NCBI RefSeq assembly: GCF_009914755.1
Contig: NC_060930.1
Direction: 5' to 3' (one strand)
DNA: 64,000 nucleotides
Source of the DNA: the human T2T-CHM13v2.0 reference genome, Homo sapiens
Shown here: positions 52,075-64,000 of the stretch, one piece after another
How positions within the stretch are numbered: position 1 is the stretch's first letter
Layout: every line of letters begins with the position of its first letter
Notes under the pieces: generated by a model
Database searches by the model: none
The model's input: the letters and a program-made list of their open reading frames with translations, nothing else
What the model was told of the DNA's origin: nothing
Position numbers and translations under genes: made by a program

Positions 52075-53310
52075 TTAGAATTTGTTTTGGAACTTGATAA
52101 AATGATTCCTAAAAATTCATCTGGAAAAATAAAAATAGGAAAAGAGTCAAAAATATTTTAAAAAGAAAAGTTATGCGGATGGACTTGAACTATAATACTA
52201 ACTATTAAAACATATTAAGAAGCTATAATAACTAAAATAATGCAGTACTGGCAAAGGAATAGACTACTCAACGGAACAAAGAAGAAAAGTTTAAAATAAT
52301 TTATTATCTGATAAAGGTAGTATTTCAATTCTGAGGAGAAATAAAGGCTTATATAATTTGAGATGGTAAGTACACTGGCAAATCAATTTGAAGAAAAATT
52401 ATTCTAACTTAGAACCCTCCCTGACATCATAAAACAAAACAATGGATTAAATATTAAACCATAGAAACTAAAAATATGAAATGTAAGAAAGTGCATGAAG
52501 ATATGTATCAAAATCAAGGGTAGGACATTCTATCAAAGACAGAAGCAATAAGATATATAAGACTGATTCAACTATATGAGCAATGAAAACTCATTTTTTT
52601 TTTTAATCACTATATACAAACCTTAAGGCAACCACGAGATTTAGGTGCTGGCGGGGAAAATAGGGAAAATGCCAAATATAATCAACCAAAGGTCAGTGCC
52701 TTTAGTATATCAAAGGTCCTTAATAGGAAAAAAAAATACAGTAGAATTATACTAAGAATACAGACAAGCACAAAAGAAGAAATAAAAATGGCCAAAGTAT
52801 TTTCAAGCTCAGTTGTCAAAGAAAAGCTGAAAACACAATATTTTTACTGTTAAAAATTGTCAGGGAAGATGGAGGGAGGTGCTCTCATAACTTGATAGAA
52901 ATACATTAGTTCAACTTTCCTGTAGGAAAAATTAGGAAGTTAGTATCAAAAAAGTCTTTAGACTCAAAAATTCCTCTATGACTTTCAAATAGTAGGTTTC
53001 AAGATTCCATTATATCATTTTTAATAATAGTGGAAAAACTGGACAAAACCTAATTACTTAACAGCAGGGATTAAAAATAATATGATAGATATACACACAA
53101 TGAAATAAAAAGATCTGATAACATAGTTGTTCACAATATAGCAGGTGAAAGGAAAAAAGGACAGTTGCCAAAAAAGCACAGTAATGACTAAAAATTACTA
53201 AGAACATAAAAATTAAGTCACACACAAATGTACACACCCCAAAGTGTATGCCTCGCTTGGAAAGGAATCATAGATGCTTTTATGATCTTCTTTTTTGCTC
53301 ATCTGTGTGA
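52075..53310 (+). mobile_element. Highly diverged L1M (L1ME-like) ORF2/3' fragment
   Basis: gaacttgataaaatgattcctaaaaattcatctggaaaaataaa, aagctataataactaaaataatgcagtactgg. Confidence 0.65.
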
Positions 53311-53430
53311 GGATCTCATTACTTCTACTGCCGCTGCTAACTCATTCAGGGATTGTCTCAGTTTCCTTGGATAATAAGGGGCTTCACTGCATTTAAGGCT
53401 TCCTGATTTATTCAAACAGTAACTACACAA

Positions 53431-53463
53431 ATGCACGCACACATACACACACACACACACACA
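53431..53463. repeat. (CA)n microsatellite
   Basis: Seen directly. Confidence 0.9.
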
Positions 53464-53527
53464 GTCTCCTATATGTTGCTATGCAGAGATCTCTAGACAC
53501 ATTTAAAAAAAGAAAAAAAAAGTTTTA

Positions 53528-53602
53528 GGCCAGGTGTGGTGGGTCACCCCTGTATTCCCAGTACTTTGGGAGGCTGAGGCAGGAGGATCGCTTGAGGCTA
53601 GG
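53528..53602 (+). mobile_element. Alu/FLAM 5' fragment
   Basis: ggccaggtgtggtgggtcac...ggatcgcttgagg. Confidence 0.8.
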
Positions 53603-53706
53603 GTTTATAGTGCAGCTTATAAAGATAATGCTGTGTATTTATCAACATGGAAAAGTCCTGTGATATATATTAAGTAAAAACCCAAGTTACACAGTAGTAA
53701 TTATAA

Positions 53707-54075
<369 letters not shown>

Positions 54076-55039
54076 TAAGCACTTTAATTTAATTTAATTT
54101 AATAATTAAGGTGTTAATTATGAACTTTCTGTATTTTCTAATTTTTTCCTTTTCAGAAAATAATATAAACTGTCTCTATGAGGAAGTATAAAAAATACTT
54201 CATTTATTATAGAATAAAATGTTGATATAACAGTTCCCCTACCCATAAAATTTCCAGGGTTTTTCATTGGGGGTGGGGGTTAATTGTTCCTAAAATATAA
54301 AATCCACCAATACAGAAAGAAGTGAACCAAGATCTTGCAGCTCCAAACCTAGTCTTCTCCACTGTATCATGCTACCTTAATCACTCAGATGTAGCATTAT
54401 TTTTCTTTGTATCAATTTGCCTTTTGAAATATTTATATTTAATTACAAATTCCAGATAAGTGAAGTTTTATTTCTATTAAAAATAAACATTAACTATGTT
54501 CACATACTTCTAAAGGATTAGAGATATATAAAAGACATTAATATGCACAAATTCTAAATTGGAAGAGGCAGAATAAAAAATACTATCAGTGCTTGACTTA
54601 GAAATGGGTTGTATTCCAAGTCTGAATGTTTGGAAAGTAATTCCAACCAAAAAGAATGTTATTTTTGTTGAATAAATAAATATTAATTGATTGCCAGGCC
54701 AACCCCAAAAATTTAATTTCCCCCCCTTTCCCTATTAAACACACATTACTAACCAGTGTAATACAGGAATAGAGAGAAAGCCATGAAAGGCTAATAGAAC
54801 TCTACTAGCCATGGCAAAAACTGGTTGTAACGTAGTTGTTTTAAGACACAGAAACCTATGAAAGGTAAGAAGAAAGCAGTCAAAGATAATAGATTCTCAC
54901 TCCTCTTCTCTAGAAAAGTGGTTGTGTACTCTATTCTGTCATAGGAAAAAAATGTTATGCCAATTAGAAAACTTTCTAATGACTACAACAACATTTTTTT
55001 CAAAGGCATATGGTATTTCACAGCTAAGGTTTTTTTTAA

Positions 55040-55514
<475 letters not shown>

Positions 55515-55784
55515 CAATTCTCATTTCTTTGGCTGTAATGTAAAAGTGTCCATCAGTCTCACATCTAGAGATAATCAAAACTGTGCTTTGGCAAACTTAA
55601 CTATCATGGGACTTCAGAACCAGCAAAAAGTCAAAATCAACAAGATTTATTCCACTATATTAAGAATTTACTACTCTTTTCTAAAATTACACTCACCTTT
55701 TTTAATTTACAGAATTTACTGTAACGAGGCAAATCAATATATAATATAGGCATCAAATATTAATTTCCTATCTAAAACTACTAA

Positions 55785-56116
<332 letters not shown>

Positions 56117-56140
56117 AAGAATCCATTTTTATCTAGTACC

Positions 56141-56436
56141 TTTTTTATTTTTTATTTTTTGAGACAGTCTCACTCTGTTACCCAGGCTGGAGAACAGTGG
56201 CAGGATCATGGTTCACTGCAGCCCTAACCTCCTAGGTGCAAGTGATCCTCCTGCCTCAGCTCCCAAGTAGCTGGGACTACAGGGCCCAGATAATTGCTTT
56301 TAATTTTATTTTCTGTAGAGACAGCGTCTCAAGTATGTTGCCCGGGCTAGTCTCAAAACTCCTGGCCTCAAGAGCTCCCCTGACGTCAGCCCCTCAAAAG
56401 TGCTGGGATTACAGACATGAGCTACCACACCTGGTC
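56141..56436 (-). mobile_element. AluJ
   Basis: Diverged reverse dimer. Confidence 0.9.
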
Positions 56437-57052
56437 CCCCTTTTCTAAAGATTAATTTTGAAGCTGGTACATTTAAACTAACAAGTTTTCAAAATCTCAC
56501 CATAATAAAAATAATGAATTGACAGAATACTACATAACATTGCTAATTTTACAGCTACCAGAAATTTTGTAAATCTAGCTACATAAAAATGAGAACCTAA
56601 AACTCACAATGACATTACATATTCAATTACACATGCTGACATAATAATCAAGTGTAATACATTCAGAGCTACAGTCATAGGATTTTTCAGAAAGACTAAG
56701 AGTATATATATATATAAATACATTCACAAAAGAACATTTTTAAGAAACTGAACACATTTCTTTATTATTCATACTTTCTAAAAAATGGAACATAAATGTA
56801 ATATTAAACTTCTCAATCAAATCTGACTTGCCAAAGTAGCCAAAAATTAACATCTTCAAAGCTATAAAGAACTGTGGGACAATGACAACTTAAAAAAGAG
56901 AGACAGGAAAAAAGTAATCAATGACCGTGTTAAAATCAAATATAAAAACAGGTTATAACATGTAAAATGTATTTTTCCCATCTCAATAAAAATGTAACAG
57001 ATGCAACCCAGAAAAGAAGCATTCTATAAATAATTTGTATTTACTATATTTC

Positions 57053-57245
57053 TTCTGTGCTGCCCAATATGGTAGCTGTTTGCTAAGTTTATGGCTAAAC
57101 TTAAATAAAATCTACAATTCAGTTGCTCAGCTGCCTGGCTTATTTAATATACTCAATAGGTACACATGGCTAGTGGCTATCACACCGGATAAAAAGGAAC
57201 TAAAATTTCTATCACTGTGGAAAGTTCTACAGCATGCTATAATGT
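57053..57245. mobile_element. MER3-like hAT element
   Basis: ctgcccaatatggtagc...cacatggctagtggcta...tctatcactgtggaaagttcta. Confidence 0.6.
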
Positions 57246-58570
57246 AGACAAATCCTTTCTTCTCTATAATTATGAAATTCTTCCCATTAAATTGCAAATA
57301 TTTCCCCCTATACTTGAATTACTTTTTATAAACTCCTTAATCAGTATGTTGATGATGATATTTATTTTTTAAAAAGATAATGGTAACAAGAGCACAATGT
57401 TTATCATCTGCCAGGAACTACACTATGTGTTTTAATTCAATCATCTCATTTAATCTTCGTACTAACCCTGTGAGGTAGATACAGGTTCACAGTCTCTTAT
57501 CTGAAATATGTATTGCAGAATATAAAGTTTTCAGATTTTTGAAAGTTAATACTGTACATAAATCACATAATACTTTCAGCAGAGTCTAGAGAAGCATTCA
57601 GGAACATGGTGAAACGTATGAATATTCACTCTAAAAATAAAAAAAGACTATAAATAGCTATATATCAATTACAGCATGGATCTACCATCAAATTAGTTCA
57701 GAACAGAGACTGCCACTCTCCAGTGTGATAATCAGCAATTATACTGCAATTTTAGGCTGATGGGTCTGTGAATTTTTACCTATTTTTCCCCATATAACTA
57801 AGGATTTTCATCACAGAATTACTCAAATAACTTCATCTACCTGAATTTCAAGAATTCATTTCTGTAAGTAAGCAAGACACTTTTTTCCCTGGTAATTACA
57901 CATATAATCCTAAACTGAAAGTTCTAGTTATTATCTTCTCATGAGAGAATTGATAGTAATATTTAAATAAAAAAATCAATTATTTTATGTAGCCACATTT
58001 ATAAAATAACATTTTTTAACACAAGCACTTAATTTCACTGGATCTAGAAACTTAAACATTTCCTATTTCATTTCTGAAAGGAAAAAAGACTTTCCATTAT
58101 GCAGTGTTTTTATGTTCTCAATCTGCTTTTATACATAATATCACTTTCAGGAAATCTGCCTTTATACATATTCTCACTTACATTACAATTTGAAAATATT
58201 CCTAATTACTATTATAGTTATAAACTAAAGTATATCTTAAAATATCCCAAACAGATGCATTTCACAAAAAGTAAATGGGTAAGTTTACCACATATTTTAG
58301 TGTAATTTAAATATCAGGAAGATCAATTATTATTTAACAGTGAAAAAACACAAAAGTAGGATAGACATTTAAATATTCAAATAATATGGCCACATTTGTA
58401 TCCAAAATTATGAAATAACACAAATACAAGCATCTAATAAGTATATAGTAAGTATATAATTTCTATGAAAAATTATACTTTCTTTTGGTTACTGATATGC
58501 CCTTGCTGAAAAAGATCTGTTGTTAGATATAGGAAACTGCAACAAATGCTATGATAATATAAAAATGACA

Positions 58571-58768
58571 GGCTGGGCGCAGAGGCTTATGCTTCTAATC
58601 CCAACCCTTTGGGAGGCCAAGGTGGGAGGATCACTTGAGCCCAGAAGTTCAAGACCAGCCTGGGCAACACGACAAAATCCTGCCTCTACAAAACAATACA
58701 AAAATCAGCCAGGTGTGGTGGCTCACCCCTGTAGTTCCAGCTACTTGTTGAGGCAGGAGGATCACCTG
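58571..58768 (+). mobile_element. 3'-truncated AluJ
   Basis: Left arm plus part of the right arm, no tail. Confidence 0.88.
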
Positions 58769-58924
58769 GTCCTTGTTACTAATAACCGAGCAATCAACTG
58801 AAAAAACATTTAGCTTTCACATTTTATTTCATTATAGCACAGTAGTCACACATAAACTGTTGAAAGTCATTTATAAACTAAATTTTGTAAATCAAAATAA
58901 AAAGTTTATTAACTGAAATTAGTT

Positions 58925-59170
58925 TAGCATAAGTGCAACAGCACGGAATCTGGAGTCAGACTTCCTGGCATTAATCCAGAATTTGCCACTGACTATAGGA
59001 TAATATTTGGTGAGTTACTCAACCTTTGTGGCTCTATTCTTTCGTCTATAAAAGGGGAATAATAGCATCTACCCTCACAGAGTTGTGTGAGGATGAAATG
59101 AAATGGCATATGGAAGTACTCAAGAGAGTGCCTGGTACACAGCATGTTCTATACAAGCATTCATTATTAT
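58925..59170 (+). mobile_element. MIR SINE
   Basis: tctggagtcagacttcctgg...gttactcaacctttgtg...ctataaaaggggaataatagcatctaccctcacagagttgtgtgaggatgaaatga. Confidence 0.8.
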
Positions 59171-59799
59171 CACTGATATTATTAAAGCACCCTTGGAATT
59201 ACAGTATGTTCGTACTTTTTACCTTCAGGGTTTTTCTTTCTCCCAGTTTCCTGAAAAACTTAAATGAACCAGGGGAACAATATTTGAAGGAAGCCTGTGT
59301 TAGCTTAAAAACCCATCTACTAAAAATTCAGAGACTGTACATATCAGGGCTCTCTAAAGTCAGATGAAGGGGGCACACATTCTTTCACAGCTCATATCTT
59401 CATAATACTTAAAAAATAGTCAAATGATACCATTTCACATATAAAACAAAGCTCTAGTACACTGCAGCAATGAATAAATGGTCATTGCTATTTATCCCAA
59501 ACACTCTCAGGAGAAGAAGCAAATCTTACTGAGAAAATTGTTAGTTCAGTTTTGGACATTCTAAATTTGAGGTGCTCGCAGAACACTTAACAGACATTCC
59601 AGGAAGCGGGCAGAACTACAGACCTAAACGTAGGTAGCTTATCCTCAGAAGAGTTCCTCATTCCCTCCTTTGTACTACCATGGAATTTTTCGCATCCTAT
59701 TGCATTACAAATATTTGTCTCCTTCTCTACTGCTAGACTATATGCCTCTTGAAGGCATTCAGTTCCTGCCATATAATAAGGACTCAGTGAATGATTTTT

Positions 59800-59923
59800 A
59801 GCTGGGCACAGTGGCACATGCCTGTAGTCCAAGCTACTCAGGAGATGGGGGCAGGAGGGTCACTTGTGCCTAAGAGTTTGAAACCAGCCTGGCAACATAG
59901 AGACCCCATCTCAAAAATACAAA
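59800..59923 (+). mobile_element. FLAM-like Alu monomer
   Basis: gctgggcacagtggcacatgcctgtagtcc...gaccccatctcaaaaa. Confidence 0.85.
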
Positions 59924-60576
59924 GGTAATTTTTTAAAATGCAAAAATTGCAGAACTGTACAATTTTTAAAATGTATTTTATTATATATAAGAAAATTCTG
60001 ATTAAAATTTTTTTAATTTGTGGATGTTAGATAAGGATGAAATTTTCATTTGGAAGAATTCTTACAATATAAAAGTAACATGTAAACAAGATTTTTTCAA
60101 TGTTATTGCTATTTATCCCAAAAACTCCCAATTTTTAAAAACGTGGTGACATTATAATTACTAAGCACTACTGAGCTGTGAAATCTGGCATCATTATCAT
60201 CAGGCCTGTAACTCTGAAAAAGTACATGACAAGGCAAGAAATATATAAATGGGTAAAGTAAGGAAGAACTCAGAGAACTCAGTGAAGACTCTCAAAGTGC
60301 ATTTAAATTAATTAAAATTCTTAAGAAGTTTGTTAAAATACCTGTAATGTCAACTGAAAAGATTTCACTTTCAAATTTACAGGCTGCTTGAGTTCAATAA
60401 CCTAAAAATGAAAAACCTCTGGACCATTCCAGTACAGGTTATTCAAACGAGCTGTGATAAAGAGCATATAGCAAATGTGCTCAGTTATATGCACTAGGTA
60501 AGGCACAACTGCTATCATCCCAACCCACTAACACTTGTTAGACTACTAATCCTTTCCTTTGAAATCTGTAAGAAGG

Positions 60577-60892
60577 GGCCAGGCACGGTGGGTCAAGCCT
60601 GTAATCCCAGGCACTTTGGGAGGCCAAAGCAGGTGGATCACTTGAGGTCAGGAGTTTGAGACCAGCCTGGCCAACATGGTGAAACCCCATCTCTACTAAA
60701 AATACAAAAATCAGCCTGGCGTGGTAGCGCATGCCTGTATTCCCAGCTACTTGGGAGGCTGAAGCAGGAAAATCACTTGAGGCCGGGAGGCAGAGTTTAC
60801 AGTGAGCAGAGATCAGGCAACTGCACTCCAGCGCCTGGGCAACAAAGCTAGATTCCTCTCAAAAACAACAACAACAACAACAACAACACAAC
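60577..60892 (+). mobile_element. AluS with a (CAA)n tail
   Basis: Dimer followed by acaacaacaa...; TSD-like tctgt(t)aagaa. Confidence 0.94.
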
Positions 60893-61881
60893 TTCTGTTA
60901 AGAATGCCTCACTGGTGATATTCACCACCCAAATTCAAAATATGGTAAGTTCTTCAAGGCTCTAATACTAGGACAGATTGGTTGCCAGTTCTAGATTTAA
61001 TAGCAGATCATGACTATTTCATTTGTGCTTGACAACTAGACAACTTTCAGTGAAACCATTCCCCAGAAATGACACTACAATATTGTTACTTATTTAGACA
61101 CCAGGGAGCCAAAAGAACAACAACTCATTAATAGTGAATGGATTGGGGAAGACAGCAGCAGAGGACTGAAAAGCAGCAATATAAACAGGCTTAGAACTAT
61201 GAACAGCAGCAGTAGGGAGTCACAGAATGAAATTACTGTAACACAAAATAAACATAGCAGAATAAGTCCACACTTTCTCATTTGAAATATACATAAGCAA
61301 GAATTAAATGTATATTGAGTCTAATTTTATACAAACAAAAGCCTAAAAATCTCATAACAATAGAAATACCAGTAAATTTAAAAGGATTCTCCCAATTTTG
61401 GCCCTATTTCCCTGTTCTATAAAGAAATTCCTAAGGGCAAAAAAAATAACTTCAGACTATAAATGATGAATGTAACTATTAGGAGTGGCCTCTCTATGAG
61501 GTCTGAAATAGAAGGAAAATGTACATTTCTTCCAGAGCTGTAGCCAACAATAACTTTTGCATTCCGAATTCAGCTTAGGTACATTGGTTGGGAAGATGTT
61601 TGCAAAAGTATTTAATAAGAAAGTGCTGAATTTAGCCTTTATTTTTTCTCAGTTTTTTTAAAATGGCCCAAGGTCCATCAAATGCACTAAATAGAAGCTC
61701 TCCTAAGTATAAATAACAAAAGAATATAATACTCTACAGCTTTTAATTTAATTTTTAATTTTTGTGGGAACAGTTTGGTTTTTTTAATATTTTATTTTTA
61801 ATTTTGGTAGGTACATAGGTTTTTTATTTTTATTTTTAATTTTTGTAGTCTTCTTCTTAAAGGCAACTGTCTTTTACAGAT

Positions 61882-62093
61882 CAGAGATTATCAAACTTTT
61901 TCTGTAAAAGACCATATAGTAAATATTATCAGCTTTACAGGCCATATAGTCTCTGTCGCAAATACTCAACTCTGGCACAGAGCATGAAGGCTTCAATAGA
62001 CAACAGATAGATGAATAAGCCTGGGTATGGTACAGTAAAAAATTACTTACAAAAACAGGCAGCAAGTCCATGGCCATAATTTGTTGACTTCTG
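61882..62093 (+). mobile_element. MER58A-like hAT element
   Basis: caaactttttctgtaaaagaccatatagtaaatatt...ttacaaaaacaggcagc. Confidence 0.8.
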
Positions 62094-62730
62094 CTATAGG
62101 ACATCTGTTTTTAACTTTACTAACAAGTATATTGTTTTAATAAATACTATAAATTTTGAAATAAGATGTCTGGGATTTGCTTTAAAATACTTCATATTTT
62201 TTTAAAAAGGGAGAGTAGGGAGAAAGGTTAAATAAGACTGGAAAAACACAATTATTGTTAAAGCCAGATTATGGATATATAGGTTTCATTACACTGTAAG
62301 TTTGAAAATTCCCAAATTAAAAGTTTTAAAAATACAAAGTAAATCAATGAACCAGCTCTACAGAAAATGAATTTTTTCACCTTATTCTAAACCTTTTAAA
62401 ACATGCTTAGTATTTTTAAACATAATTAACATAACACAACATAAAATATTCTTAATATAAAGCCACTAAACTATAATGAAAAAAATTAAACTAATCCACA
62501 AAAATGTATATAAGCATAAACACTTATAATTTTCCATAATTTAAAATATAGGCTCACTTCACGCAGTTGCTAAATATGTCAAATTTATTGGCATCTCATC
62601 TGAAAGGTGTAATCAATTTTTGGCTTTAGAATATTTTTATAAGAAATATATTATTTATATTAACATATAACAGGTTTACTACTTTTCAAGTTAATGCATA
62701 AATTTCTTTCTTTTTAAATTCTAAGTAATT

Positions 62731-62935
62731 CTGGCCAACATGGCGAAACCCTGTCTCTACTAAAAATACAAAAATTAGCCGGGTGTGGTGGCATACCTCT
62801 GTAATCTCAGCTACTTGGGAGGCTGAGGCAGGAAAACCGCTTCAACCTAGGAAGTGAAGGTTGCAGTGAGCCAAGATTGTGCCACTGCACTACAGCCTGG
62901 GCAACAGAGTGAGACTCTGTCTCAAAAAAAAAAAA
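62731..62935 (+). mobile_element. 5'-truncated AluS
   Basis: Starts at ctggccaacatggcgaaacc; TSD taaattctaa(g/c)taat at 62715-62729 / 62944-62958. Confidence 0.92.
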
Positions 62936-64000
62936 TTTAATAATAAATTCTAACTAATAAATATTAATAGATATAACCCTCATAAACAAATATTCTTCAG
63001 GATCTTCAATGATTAAAAGTATAAAAGGATCCTAAGGCCAAAAAGTTTGAGAGCTCCTGAACTAAGTGTTTTCAATATTGTATAAAGTAAGTTGATCATG
63101 CAATTATAAGACATCTGCTCAAACTCATTTTACCTTTTAACAGTAATCATCACATAGTGACGTTAATTCAACTATGAAGGCTATCAATTTAGCCACAAGA
63201 GGAAGACACTTAAACCTTCAACAGATATATTCTTTTCAACTACCTGTTAAGTCATGAATAATGTATCCACAGGAAAAGAAGAGCACTATAATATCTTGCC
63301 CCCCACCTTATACAGACAAAATTGTCTCCTGAACCAATATAATGAAAAACTACTATGTGTCAACAGACATTTCTAATAAATATGCTACCTCTTATCAAAT
63401 CAAGAGATATAGTTTCACTTAATGCAAGAAACCAGAAATCAAGATGAACAGAGCCTTAAGAAATCTTAATGACTCTGCAATTTCCCAAAGATTGAATACA
63501 TGTTTTTCAAATGCTCTAAGTTTTTCCCCAATGCTCTGAAACACAGTGATTTCAAATATTATCAGAACTAAAAACTAATTTAAATTAGGCTTACTGAATT
63601 ATTACAAGAGTTGAGAAAAACTAAGAACTTCCATGTGAAAACATTTCAACTGTCCAAGAATATAATCAGTCTCAAAATTTCCTAAATCTATAAACTAGAA
63701 TAGAAATAAACAATACATAACACAGACTCAGGCAAATAATTAGAGCAATTGTGTCCACCTGATTATTCATTCTATCATTTATAAAGATGAACTAATACTC
63801 ATTTTTCAAATACAGTACCACTGTAGCATTTTTAACCAATTTTGCCTCTACATATGGCAATTTAAAATGTTACCACAGTATTTCATTTTTACTTGATTAA
63901 TAACAAATTATTTCCAAGTTAAGTTTTATAAATGTTGTTATGTCTATTGTCTTTCAACATGAATAAATTTAAAATAGTAATAGCAATAGCATGCAGGGAC

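Noticed and set aside
63980-64000. SUPT3H canonical first coding exon
   Set aside because: Expected just beyond the right edge from recalled gene structure, but no exon bases are visible in the window.

Overview
Human/great-ape genomic DNA, recognised from the coding sequence as the RUNX2/SUPT3H overlap locus (chr6p21). On the + strand it holds the RUNX2 distal (P1, bone-related) promoter, a non-coding exon (~27134-27264), a 200-nt mini-intron and the exon encoding the type II N-terminus MASNSLFSTVTPCQQNFFW (CDS 27531-27588), followed by the first ~36 kb of the next large intron. The whole window appears to lie in an intron of SUPT3H (- strand). Two alternative SUPT3H cassette exons (21685-21773 and 20602-20697) encode an alternative N-terminus, MVVFGTTFFNFDSFIGKTDSIEIIGKSVFPYCYHNILPLLNDSG-. 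Bases ~700-17400 are a nested retroelement cluster: a MER31-like LTR split by a twin-primed L1PB and an Alu, and an old L1M host carrying an ORF2-deleted L1PA with a tandemly duplicated 3' transduction, a near-full-length L1PB with its own short transduction, and Alus. About 19.6-37.5 kb around P1 is poor in recognisable repeats. 38-64 kb is ordinary intron with Alu, MIR, L2 and MER elements. Nearly all ORF-track entries are repeat-derived or spurious. The most interesting observations are a three-ATG arrangement in the RUNX2 P1 leader that switches with mini-intron splicing, the SUPT3H cassette exons (poison versus alternative start, possibly reachable by divergent P1 transcription), and the unusual L1 structures. 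I found no clearly new biological system; the best candidates are testable regulatory hypotheses. Repeat subfamily calls were made by eye and need RepeatMasker confirmation.
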